Of a DNA stretch of 56,197 nt, positions 38,878-51,545 are shown piece after piece. The stretch spans positions 62,001 to 118,197 of the forward strand of contig KZ538132.1 of NCBI GenBank assembly GCA_000934665.2. Direction: 5' to 3'. Position 1 is the stretch's first letter. Each line of letters starts with the position of its first letter. The DNA comes from Catajapyx aquilonaris (Eukaryota). The translations under genes and the position numbers were made by a program. The notes beneath the pieces are model-generated. The model saw only the letters and a program-made list of their open reading frames with translations. It was not told the DNA's origin and made no database searches.

Positions 38878-41800
38878 GCGTTGGTAATCTTCTCTCGCAT
38901 TGCAGTACTCTATATCACAATTACATTGTTTTATTCATGCACGTGAAGCAATTGCATGTACCGTCCAATGAAAAGAGATTTTTAAATTTATATATGGTGC
39001 CAGAAGTTTTCTTAGAATGTGCCGACTGTATATGAATAATGCTCAAATACGTTAAAGTTAGTCGCTGAATTGCAGTAGCCTACACTTAGATATGGTGCTC
39101 TCTTTGCGAATAATTCATATGATTGCTGTAACACGTTCTTGTTGCGTGGCACCTGGCAGTAAAACTGAAGTAGCTAGTTTTGCCAGCTCTTTAATTATAC
39201 TGGACAGTGTCGGGTCGTTGTTTCTACACGGTCGTATATAAATAGATATATAAATACAGGGTGGGTCAGAACTTCAAGTCAATCTCTCGCCAGGGCACTC
39301 GTTAGTCCAATGAAAGTCTTAAATGTAGTTCTGACTCACTCTGTAGATATGCAATTCCTTTCCCCTGTCTGCTGGCGCTTGGGTGTATGTTTTTGACCTG
39401 AATTCAAAATGTGGTCCAGAGTAATAAAAAAAACAGAACTTGAACCGCGCAATGCATTTCTAACTTTGCACACTGACTGTTCTTGCAAAGAACGTTCTGG
39501 CAGTAATGTATAATCAGTGCCACTGCTCTCTTTATTCATTTATGTGACGCAATGAAAATGTAATAGAAGCACTCCAGGTGCACTTAGTCTTTGCACGAAT
39601 CTGGATTACTGCTGGGGGGAACTTTCAGATCTAGTGAAACAGATTCGGATAGGGTATCTTTTTTATTACCCGTGTGTAAATTAGTCATTCACGAAAAATG
39701 GGGGAGAACTGCCACTGAATTTTCGGAGAAGTGCAATATTTAATTCGGATCTTATAATAGCCGCCGCGTGGTAATAAAATAATGCATGTGCCAGTCAAGT
39801 GTTTCAAGTGTCACATCAAGCTAACAACATTATCCTATACGATGCAAACGTGCTTTTTTTTGGACTATAGAATGTCTTTAAAACAGCCACTTTAAAAATG
39901 AGACTGGGATTTTTTTTTCGCTTTTTCATCAGAGGGAGACCGAGGGGAACACAAGGATACAAACTCACCGTGACCCCCAGTAATTCTCTGGAGTAGTCTT
40001 TCTCTGCTAGTAGGAAAGCAGAACTCTGGCATCTTCTGGCGGAGAACGCTCCTGAAAATCAATCCTAATTGGCTTCAGCTCCATACAGTAGCAGGAACAA
40101 TGGCTCGCAAAACTTTCAGCCAAAGAATCCGGACGCTAATTTCTCCAGAGTACACGGTTTAATATGACACTCTGTTCACCGCTGATACGATTAAGCCCAG
40201 ATACTGCCAGACCTGATTCGGAAACAATGCCGGAATATTTAATCAGCGTCTGGAGACGGATTTTAAGAGGTGTGCTGCTTTTGGCCCGGAGGCTGCAATT
40301 GGCATGGATTCGTTAGCAATAATTGTACACGTAGAAAATCTTGTCTTGCGGAATTCAATTACCCTGCAACAATGATGGACAAGTACTTGTCCATCAGTAC
40401 ACTCTGTCACAGGATTTGAAGCATTGTAGATGATTGGACAGGGGTCCCCCAGGTCCGAGACCCTGCACACGCAACGTGGCCTGGAGGAGAATACTGGGGG
40501 TGGAACTCATCAAGCCCAGTGACCAAATTGCCTAATCGAGTCACCTGATAATTGATTTTAGGATGGGAAGCTGGGAGAAATAGCGTCTGCCAGCAGCGTT
40601 GGGAGGCTTTAGGGAGAGTACAAGGTACACCAAACGCTCACTCATAAGTGAAGGGCTAGGGAGAGAAAAAAACATGTTTTTCTCCCTCACTATCTTACGT
40701 CCAGTTGCGGGCAATTTTTTCTGGAATTTTCTACAAGTTGTATATGTACAGGAAGCGATTATGGTTTCCTTCTCTGTGGTGACACGGTTCTTGCAAGACT
40801 TCGGATCCATCCATCCTTCAGCCAGTGCAGGCCCAATTGAGTTTGAAAGCAGCGTTGCGCCCGAGTGGCTTCATAAATTCATGCAGTAGGTGAACCACAA
40901 TTCCCACAAAGTCTCTTCTGAATAACCGGGTTCTCGGGGCTTCTGCTCGGCCCCCACGCCGACTATCACTTTCTGGAGGAAGGAAGAGCAAGGAGAAGAA
41001 GAAAGAAGAAGGGGTTGGAAAAGGCGTTGCCTCGACTTCATCAGACTTTCGATCCGTATGATGTGCCAAGGGAAACGGACGACTTGGCCTAAGCTCGCCA
41101 TAAAGTGCTCCTCCCACACTGATTATCATCCCTTTCTTGACTTCATCACTTTGGGCGTCTACCTCGCTTCATATCTCCCTAGTAAAAAGGGGAGACATTA
41201 ACGTCAGCTCTTTCGCAGGATATATCTCTCCTGGCTTCACCTTCCTAGTGTCGGGCTTTTCTTACCGGTTTCATCATCGCAGCGGCTTGTCCCCCACCGT
41301 AAGTCTGGTTACTCCGGCCGTTTCGATCTGCCCGGATGAACCTGGGGTCATTGTTCATGCGACATGCCTCCGAATTTTCTAATTTTATCTGCTGGCTTGT
41401 ACTCCCGTTGACGGGGCTTGATTCTATGGGCGGACCTGCTCGGATATTGCGTGGCTTAACCTAATGCAAGGCCTTTGCCGCAGTTTGTGGTCCTAAGTTC
41501 TGTATGACGCACTTTATAATGAAATATTGGTGCGCAGTTGGCTATGTGATTTGTGTATTTTCAGGCCCAATTTCCAGATTTTCCAAGCCACATCATCCAG
41601 CCGCTGTGGGATCACATAATTACAGTGTTCAACGTGTACCGGACAACTTAAACATGTGGTAACTACATTTTTGCATCAGGAAAACTTCCTGCATTCTATC
41701 ATTTCTTGCCTGGTGCTATTCGAACGAAGCAGACCGTGGCATGAACAACGGGATTGACAATACTATATTTTTTGCACCCAAAAACAAGGCTATCAACCTG

Positions 41801-44800
41801 CCTCTGTGCACAGCAAAACGTGATTTAAAGCGTGCTGTAGCTGCCCAATTGATTTAGGCGGGCGTTTTAGTTACCGTTGGTCCACCCTTGGTCCCCCTCC
41901 ACCCCCACCCCCACCTCCTCCACATTTGTCGCCTACAAAAGAGATAATGAAGAACCCTCCACAGATCCCAATTGGCCAAATCCCGACTGCGGGAATTAAC
42001 GGCGCAAACCTCCCTCCGTCCTCCAGCACTCGTGTCAGCCTGCTTTTCATGATCGCAAATTACGCGGGCTGGAATTGGGGGCTTCCACCAGCGCAGGGCC
42101 AGGGCTTTAGGTGGCTGTTGTCGGTTGACAGGCTGAAGGCTCGTGCACTTGTAGCCACACTTGTTTTCCGGCAGACAAATCGGAGGCTTGGCGTCCCCAG
42201 AGGAGAAGCACCACTCGCGCACGACTTGGACCAGCTAAAATGATATGCGATTGTTTTGTAATTGCTGACCAATCTGTGGAATAAATAAACCCCCAACTTC
42301 TAGAACCACCGGGTATGAATCTCTGGAAAGTGTAATAATTCAGATTGTGGCCATCATTCGCGAGTAAAGGCAGCCGCATAACATAATTATTATGCAAATC
42401 CATTAGTTAGAGTACGTACACTTGTTTCCGGACGGAAGGACCGATGTGTAGCCCTATGTGAAGGATTCTAGAATCAGTCAGAGCAGCTTTGAGGTCAAGA
42501 GCTATAGGTATGGAGCTAAGAGCAGGTGAAGTGGAGGCAAAGATGCGGTGTCTCCATTAGCAAATTGTACCCAGCAGGTAGCAAGTGGGGAGAGTTGCCC
42601 AGAGTATAGGCAGGCATAGATTCTGTGTGTGTTGTTTAGTGCTCGGTATTTTACCATGTGGGGTTTATTAGTCCCATGGTGATGGACACATTATTGGGAT
42701 CATGACGTATGAAAATGCGTTGCACCCCAATGTTTTATGTAATGTGTAAGAGTGGTCTTTGCATTCAGAACCCCCCCAATAATAGGACATGTTGTGAGCC
42801 GATTTGGTGCAAGGTAATGTTTTCAGTGATAAACCTCGGGTTATTATTATTAGTCATGCAAGAATGTCATTATTCTAACCTGCAGAATGATAAGATTAAT
42901 TTTGGAATTGCCGGTCGCTATCTATGCATTTGTATATGCTTTTGAAGTGTTGTATTTGCTCTATTCCTGTTATTCTAGCATGTATGCTATACATGTATTT
43001 CCTCATGGACGTTGTTGTTATGGTTCTCACAACAAGAGGCGTATTAATCAAAGTTAATTATAGTAGCATGACTAAATGATTCCGACGACATGTTTTGTGA
43101 GAACACCGGGTAACAAATGATTAATAACAATATAGTACTCTGTCATGCCTTATTATACCAGTGATTCTTCCACCTTGCTATATATACGTATACTAGTAGA
43201 CCCTGCAGTGCAGTGGGTGCAGTAAGTGCATATGCATTAGCCTGACATTAGGCGGAAAAATTGGTAAGTGCTGCATGTATTTAAATTACTTCAATTTCGA
43301 ATGGGGTTAAAACCGAGGTTAACAGTCTTAGGCGGACCGAATGTTTTGCATAAAATTTCGGCCCTCATTTTCCCCCAAAAATGGCATGTAATTTTATGCA
43401 ACGTTACATGTAGGCCTACTGTAGGGCGTGCTCATACAGTACAGTGGTGAAATAGGTGCGCCATCACAATACTTTCATCTTGCTGGTCTGCGTTCACAGT
43501 TTGTTCCAAATGTACAGGTTTCGGGGGGGAAAAAGCGCCGTTTAACGTATAGGTCTCGTTATGCAGTATTGTGAATTTATTGGACTGGCTTTTGAATGCC
43601 TTGCAGTGTTCCGCCTCATAGCTGTACCGAGCTGCAATTTTATTTTAACGTCAACATTTGTGAAAAATTACTTACAGTTCGTTGCATCCACCAGGCCTGT
43701 AATCATACGCATTTAAAAAATTTACTGCCTTCATACACTGTAAACTAAAATCAAAACAATATTCTAAACTATGCAAGTAGCAATTTAAAGTGACACCAGG
43801 TAGAGCTAAATATTATAATTATGCCATGTAGGATGTAGCATTACAAACTAATTGAGCACAATAATAGCTACAGTGGTATTACTTTTCTTTTATCTTTCCT
43901 AACCGAGATGCAAATTGCTCAGCAAATAATAAAAAATTGCATGAATTAATTTCACCCTCACTCTCCTTTTTATTAGGGAAATCTTTCAGAAGATGAGTGC
44001 TACAGTAATTACGGCCTAACATTTTCAGCCGGTTTTCTTAAAGAGCGGTCTGATATTGCGCCAAAATGAGGTTAGAAAGAGGGGAATGCACCAGGCAGAA
44101 ACGATTTTTTTTTTTTTTGCTCGTTGAGAGTATATCACTCTTGGAATAGTTTGCAGTTGGTTCCAGCTGTTGATTGGGTTTAAGAGCTGCTGGCTATTGC
44201 GTACCGTATAGGTTGCTGCTGGCTGTGGGGAAGGGCTTTCGCTTTTGGCCTGCTAGCGAAATGCAAATAATAAATAAGTAATTGATCAGAAGCATCGTCA
44301 GGAATAATGGCTAATTAGAACTATTAACGAAGTGCATTAACAGGCCGGACCCAAAATTACTGTGGGGACCACGTCACCAACAAGCAAATTAACAGAAGCA
44401 ATGCGTTGGTCCAAATTGCTTTCCACTAGCAATCTTTTGCGGAGAAATCGTTCATTTTGCAGGCCAGTAACCGCCAATGACCGTTATTATTGCGCGCACC
44501 GTAACATAAACTGTCGCGTACCGGTTGTTCCTTCCTGCGGCCTGTCGCATTACGTTTGCGTTTACGATCCACTGGACTTTCCCATTATGCACCAAACTGC
44601 GTGTTCATTCTCTCTTTTCCGATACTGTTTATCTGGAGGGGGAATTTGTTTCGGCGCGTAAATTGGGAAAACTGCCCGCACTCGATCATAATATGTATTG
44701 TTTTATAGCCAGGGGAGTGTCACTGCCTATCAAAAAATTCACCCCCATGTTGTATCCACTCCCTCGACTACACATTTTTACAAATTACAAGCTGGCCAGC

Positions 44801-47800
44801 AAATAAATTCAGAAAGCGGCAGCCGTTGAACCCTATATGGTCCACTTAAGCCCATTTTTCAGAGAGGAAGGTCATACTTATGGAATTTAGCCTCAGGCCC
44901 GAAAATAGTGGAAGGATTCTTGCATACCCATCATTTGCAAGTGGTGGTGGGGGAATAATTGCCCTTGGCAGACAATGGCCAATCAAGCCTTCGTTCCAGG
45001 CATCCAACAGGTTCGTGCATCGCACTGGCGGAACAAAAAGCCCTGGCCTGGTCCGTTTATCACAAACTTTGTCCTCCAAATTGCCAGCTCGGAATTTCGG
45101 GAGGGCTTGATACCCATTTCAGGAGTTTCCGGATCATTTCATTTCGGGTTTACCGCGCTGTTTTCCTTTCTCTTACAGAGGTCGTAACTGTAATTGCAGA
45201 ACCTACGATGTTGTGTAATTTTTTATTTTAAAAAAAACCCTTTCCTGCTCTTATGTGTGCATAGTAGCCACGCTGCATTTGCTTTTTCATGGCGCGTACA
45301 TGATTACAATGCAGAAAGTAAGCAGCCAATCTAGAGCATATATATGTATGAAACTTGCCTCGCGGGAAGACCCGATGTTTGTATTTCCGTATAGCTTAAC
45401 TCGATACGCTTCTGTTGGGCAGGGAGAAATAAACTCCATTACAAAAACCACTCCCACTAGACGACTTTATTAGGATAATTATTGGATTCTCTCACGTTAC
45501 ATAGTTTTGATGAGCTAAAATAAGTTACAAAAGATGAAACCACACACATCTCACACGCATTATCTCCAATATTGTTAAATCGCACTAATTAAAGATCCCT
45601 AAGGGAACTGCTAGATGATACTTCCAGTAAACGAATCCGTCGTTCTTTTGAAAGCCATTTTCCTCCCCTGCAGCTTCCTCCCCAGGAGCTAAAATAATCT
45701 TCAAAGATATCTGGCAGCAGACTGGAGCTTGGCCTTTTGCTAAAATCTTGGGTGGAGGCTAAGCAACTTCCTTGTTGCCACTGGGAGGAAGAAGGAGGGG
45801 GCCTTTAATGGAAAAGATTTTCAATTTCAGCCGATCGGAACTGAAAGAGGAGAATGAGAGGCTCGCTGCGGATCGAAGATCCTCGGCCCGAGAGGCATCA
45901 TTTATGTCTTCTTTTCTTCGGCTGGATACACGGGAGGCAGCAGCACGGATTCGGGACGGATTGAATATCTTTTAAAAAAAAAAACCGATCGGAGGATTGA
46001 TGCTGATCATTCCCTGGGATTGGAGCAGAAACAAGCGGGGCCTAATTCGGTCTCTCGCCAAATTTTATGCAAATTGATTCATTCGTATATGAACAAGACG
46101 CTCGGAGGCGTCTGGAGCCGGCGGCGGGGCAAAAAGATAGGTCCTATAAGGAAAATGAGTGTCTGGTCTGATGGTTATCGGCACTTTTGGCTGCGTGTAC
46201 CTTTGCCGGTGTATATATAGAGAGGGTGCGTGCAGCAGTTAGGGAGGGTTAAGTTTCTCAATTAACGATAAGCTCACCGCCGGAATCAATTTTCAAAGCG
46301 GTAGCTGGGGGAAGAAGCGCGCGGAGAATAATTACTCTTGGGGATTGATCCTCGCTTTAAGGACGGTCTGGTAACAAAAGGTTAGGGTTCGTCTTATTTC
46401 GTCGCAGAGGAGTTTTTGACAATGCCGAATCATATGTCAAAGATATAGTTTTGCACAAGTGTACACCTCACTATACTTTTTTTCCCCTCCTTTGCCAAAT
46501 TTGCCAGTTGTTTTGAAACATTTTGGCAAGTATAGTACATTTCCCATGTTTCGGGCTCTCTAATCCATAAAAAATTATATTTCGGTGTTTTAGTAGTTGA
46601 AGGGATACGAAACTGAGGTGGACCGAACTGTAGTTTTTGCTCTGGAACTTTTCACCCGAAATAGTGGCCTGAAACAGCATGGAACTGACCGACTAGTGCG
46701 ATTCTAGGCAGTGTGTTTGGAAAAAGAGCTAGTGCGACCAAATAATATTTATACGTATAGCTTCAGCATTTGTTATGGCTTGATAAGCAAGAAATATGAA
46801 GGGAATCTCCTTAATATTATAGTTTTCTTTTCTATATGATGTGACTTTAGGACAGCCTTAAACTTTCTGCGCGGTGAATGGTGTTTGCTTGCAGTTGAGA
46901 AGAAAATGCATAATTGCACCAACGATTCTATAATGGATATGAAGTACCGATGCCAATTATTACTTAGATATTAGACAGATATTAAAATTAGGGTATACAC
47001 GACTGCACGAAAGGATAAGTATATATTGCCGTTGTATAACTTTTTAAAATGAGAGTTTATAACTCTTTTAAAATTAGGTTTACCTACTGCCGGTACAAAA
47101 GCTTGCCCGAGTTCACTTTTTAATTATGGGTATTAAAACTACTTCAATGACAGGCAGATGAATAAAACCTTGTCAAACATTGTAAAGTTTTCGGGAGCGA
47201 GCGATTACTGCAAAATTTTAGCTATACACATTAAAGAGTGGACAAGGCCTAATTTGGCGCATAGTCTCCTCTTATAGGCTACCGTATAGTATATCAGTAT
47301 TATGTCTTCAAGTCTACCCAGGATGGTGCACGGACTTGGGCAAACGTTGAATAGCCAAAGTGTAAAGTTAAAGTCTGCTGTTTGACATGGAATATGGGTT
47401 TGCAAGTAATCACTGGCTGGTCAAGATTAGAACAGTTGCAATATCAGAGAGAATGGCGATAGGAGGTTGGGAAGCTAAGGTTTATGCAGATATGACATCA
47501 GTAATTCGTACTTTAAGTTTTGCATGCAAGTGAATTTTAGTTTTTAAAAGAGACTTCCGGACCAGTTGTGATTGAATCTGTGATCCATTTTCTACATTTT
47601 CTGACTCTTTATGCTATTGAACAGATTTTTTAAAAATGCAGTTATTGAATCGACATGACGAATTATTTAGTGTTCCGCGTATACTTCTGCATGAATAGAC
47701 TATACACACTACACTATACTACAGTATCAGGAAATGTGTACGTAATTAAATGTCCATAGGCCAGTATGAAAGAATTGCAGTTTGCTTATATGCACACAAT

Positions 47801-47807
47801 ATTTAAA

Positions 47808-47833
47808 TGTGTGTGTGTGTGGGGGGGGGGGGG
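47808..47833. repeat. (TG)n microsatellite running into poly-G
   Basis: TGTGTGTGTGTGT followed by G13. Confidence 0.85.
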
Positions 47834-48950
47834 TTGATTGTGAACGCCATCGGCGCAATTCCTTTGCTCATGCAAACTTTTTAAATTCAGTATAGACTCG
47901 TGAAACGGAACCCGAGCTTGCCTTGAGCGACTGAAGTCAGCTTTGAAAACCGCAGAAATAAGCTGAAATGAATTATGCATATTAGAGTAGTCCATGGTTC
48001 ACTACCGCAAGTGTTTCATGTTGCGTGTGTTTTTTTTAAAAAAAAAACTCCAACTGTAATGCTTATGCAATTAATTGCTTTTTGCCGAAAGGCCATACTG
48101 TGATATACGACTGTAATTAAGTTTTAGAGAATCGACCTTATTCCTTTCATATGTTTGCAACATTGGTGTGTGAAGGAATACATTTGTCATTGGTATAAGA
48201 AGTGAGCTTACAAATTATAGGCTACTATCCTTATGAAAAAGACTGGGGGGAAGAAGCCAAGTACTTCTCACAGATATGTAAATGGCTCAGTTACAGTTAA
48301 ACTCCCAAAAAGTATCACTGTTAGAGTTGGAATTACAAGCAAGTAAGAAAATGCAAAACAACTTGACAATATTCTGCGGCTCGTATGATCATTTCGGTTT
48401 AATGTACGGAGAGAGAACTTTATTCCATCCAGTCAGTATCAAGACTATAAGTCTTAAGATTTATGACATCCTCGGGTCAAATCTTACTAGCGTTTTCTCC
48501 TTCATGCAGTAATGAACACTGCAATGTCTAGCTCGAAGTTTCCCTGCCTTGATTTTTTTTTTCCTTCTTCTTCTTCTTTCCCAACCCCCTACTTTATATC
48601 CTTGATAATGCCGTAACTTTTGTTCCTTGACAGAGTCTGACGTGGATAGAAGCCTGTTTGCTTTTGTACCTTAGCTGTGAATTAATATGCGATGAAGAAC
48701 TCGCGACGGAGTTCTTAAATCCATTTCCGAGATGAAACGACACGGCGTAAACTTCTTCGCGAAGATGGTGATTTGTTGAAAGGATTGTGTAGATCTAATT
48801 AAGTTATTTCATACCGAACAAAAGGAGGGCAGAAAGTGCAAGTTTCAGTGTGCTGCTGGAGGGGGGGACCCCCATTTTCTGATTGATAAGTCAGTGAGTT
48901 TTCCAACTGACTCGGAAAAAGATAGGCCGACGTGCGAGAGAATAGCACGA

Positions 48951-48980
48951 TCATCATCGTCGTCGTCGTCGTCGTCGTCG
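48951..48980. repeat. (TCA)2(TCG)8 trinucleotide microsatellite
   Basis: Read directly. It explains the poly-Val, poly-Thr and poly-Asp runs in the overlapping ORFs. Confidence 0.9.
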
Positions 48981-51526
48981 CCAGCCTCATTTTTCTTCCC
49001 TCCACCAGTTGCCGTTCCGGCCATTTGCAAGTGGCGCGCGTGTATTCCGGGCAAATGAAAACGGGGAGAGGCCTCCCGGTATCGATCAAAAGCAGCAACG
49101 TTGTAGTAGTGCCACGGACCCAAGAAGAAGCTGAGAGGAAGAAGGAAAAAAAAACCAGGGGGTTTCTTTTTCTCCGGATACAGCAGACGCCCCTGAATTG
49201 AAAGCATGGGATCCCCAGCTGTAATCAGCCAGCCGCCTCTTCTTCGGCCCGTGGAACCAATCAAAATAAGGGCTGGCGGTGCTGGTGAAAGCTCTCCAAG
49301 GAAAGGTGCAGACCTGATCAATTCCACAATGGTTATGGTTATGGTTATACCTGTCGTGTGGGAGGGAACCGCTCCTTTCGGACACTGCCAACGACGCTAA
49401 TGACCACCAGGCCACACTTTATTATGGGCTGCTACACGGATCATTTTTTGAGGACGTGTCCGAAAGTGCTGGGTTAATGAGAAAAGACGCTCCCGGTATA
49501 AGATGGGGAGGGAGTCGAAAAATTGCTTACTTACGAAACCATTTGAAGGAATTTTCCTTCAAAGGAATGCAAATCATGAAGGTTACCTCGGGTAATTAAT
49601 TCCCCTAAGATTAAAGTGAGCCGTTCGTAAAGCCCTCCACGCCGATAAATTTGGGAAGGTATTTTTCAGTTGCAACCCCCCATCCCCATTTCCTGGTTGC
49701 CAAATTGCGGACTATTACCACCGAAGTCGTTTTCCAGCTGTATTCGGCCCAATGTCTGGAGCGACCCAATCTGAAGATGCACTTCTGGCTGTAATCTGCT
49801 CTCGAGGGCCTCCCCAGCCTAGAACTTGGTCCTCACCATACATGACACCCCACAATCTCGTTTTATCTCCTTGTTGGCGGTCGAGTACGGCAACTACCTG
49901 TGGCAACTCTGGAAACTCCCTGAGAGGGTGCGGATCCATTTCATGGAGAGCCCAATTTCCATACCTGGTGTCCCGCAACACCTTAGGGGTCAGATGGTGC
50001 TTAAAATTAAGAGTGAAACTTTGTAAGGAGTGACAGGCTAGCTGATGGCAACCTCGGGGAAGCAAAATGGAGGTGGTTTTCCCTCCTCGGATTGTTGGAC
50101 AGCTAATCAGTAACTTGTGCCTGAGGAACCCGGGGAGAAGAGATGGGGCGAATATGAAGGAGGCCCCAGGATTTGCGAGATGGGGAAACGCAGATAAAAA
50201 TTTCCCGAGAGCCCTTGGTAATCCCCCGGATCGTGTTTAAGCATGGCTACGTTGGCTTTCTCCCGGCGCTCAGACAAACGAAGGAGCTTCCCCGCCTGAC
50301 AGACATAAAGTATAACCTCGGAAGGTAAGGCTAATTCCGGAGGTAATTATGTACTAATTATAATTTATAACATTCCTTTGGAGGCTGGAAATGGAGGGCG
50401 ATGGAGGTCGCCGACTCTTGGGAAACTCAGGAGAAGCGATAGCAACTCGAGCAAGATAAAGATGCGAGCAGCACACCAACTTTGGGTATTATACAGTACA
50501 AACACGCAGCAGAGTTTCGTCTCGGTTAGAATAATTTATCTCTTTCCTAGCCGACCGAACGGAAGAGGGTAGGGAGAGGCGGGGGAGGGAAGAAGGAGAC
50601 CGTGGGAAACCAGGCATCAATTTTTACGACCCGGGCCCAACCGGGCTCTTTTTTTTTCCATTTCTGGTTCAGCAGTCTAGTTGGCTCGAAGCCCATCTCT
50701 CAGATGATATCTGCATCCGATAACGCTGATTAAGGAAGAAACGGCGCACGATTCTGTGTGAATTGTCGGTAGAAAGATCAGGTTCCGATCGTTTTACTTT
50801 TATATATATATATTTTTTTCAAGTTGGGTCCCCTTCCCAATTAAGATGTACAACATTGTCATCCAAGAAATGTCTGCAGCACATTCTGCGGAATCGCCTC
50901 TTTTTTTTACAATTTCTGGGAGTCTCGGATATTGTGTACATTTGGAAAGTGACCAAAAAGATCTTGCTTCCAGGGTGCGTGATACATTCCGCTTTCGTCT
51001 CATGCGAGGCTCTGGCAAACCCATTTTTCGCCCAAATGTGATGGATTTTCGCCGAATTTCTTTCATGCGACAGACGAATGAGCGTTCAGACAATTTCCAG
51101 GAAGTATTGAATCTGCACTCGATCCCCCCTTGTGTTGCTCTCCGAGTCTCGAGGAGAAGAAACGGTTGGCTTTGCGAAAACGATGGTGGAAAAAAGAAAG
51201 AGAAGGAGAAAAAAAAAACTTGGGGAGTATAGAGAAGCGATCTAGGGAGTTGGAATGAAGAGAGCATGCTCAGCCACTTTGCGTATCTTTTTCTTTCTTT
51301 TCTTTTGATCCGGAGCATCTGTGGTGATGGCACGTCTTCCGTATCCATGGGTCCTCCCTCAGGCCTTTGCAGGATCTGCTGGTAATCGCCCTCTTTAGCG
51401 CCTGGTCCACGTCCTCGGGCCCCCCCGTCTCTTTTTGCATCTCCGCATAATTTAGGGAGCAGCATCACGTTGCCATTTGCCTAGACCCAGAGCTGGATTT
51501 ATCGAGGCGAAGAGGAGTCAGAATCT

Positions 51527-51545
51527 GGGTGGGGTGGGGTGGGGG
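51527..51545 (+). other. Canonical G-quadruplex motif
   Basis: GGGTGGGGTGGGGTGGGGG: four G-runs with 1-nt loops. Confidence 0.6.

Noticed and set aside
37016..39035. ORFs 37016-37249 (-) and 38790-39035 (+) share the peptide CRDPGSNQGPLDLQSNALPTELSR
   Set aside because: This is the antisense translation of the tRNA-Phe genes, not a protein domain.
46870..46880. CGCGGTGAATG matches part of miR-124
   Set aside because: The seed is absent and there is no hairpin.
23972..51468. Longest ORFs (23972-24568, 29665-30312, 50800-51468)
   Set aside because: No recognisable motifs, and their composition and low-complexity runs look like chance ORFs in GC-rich blocks.
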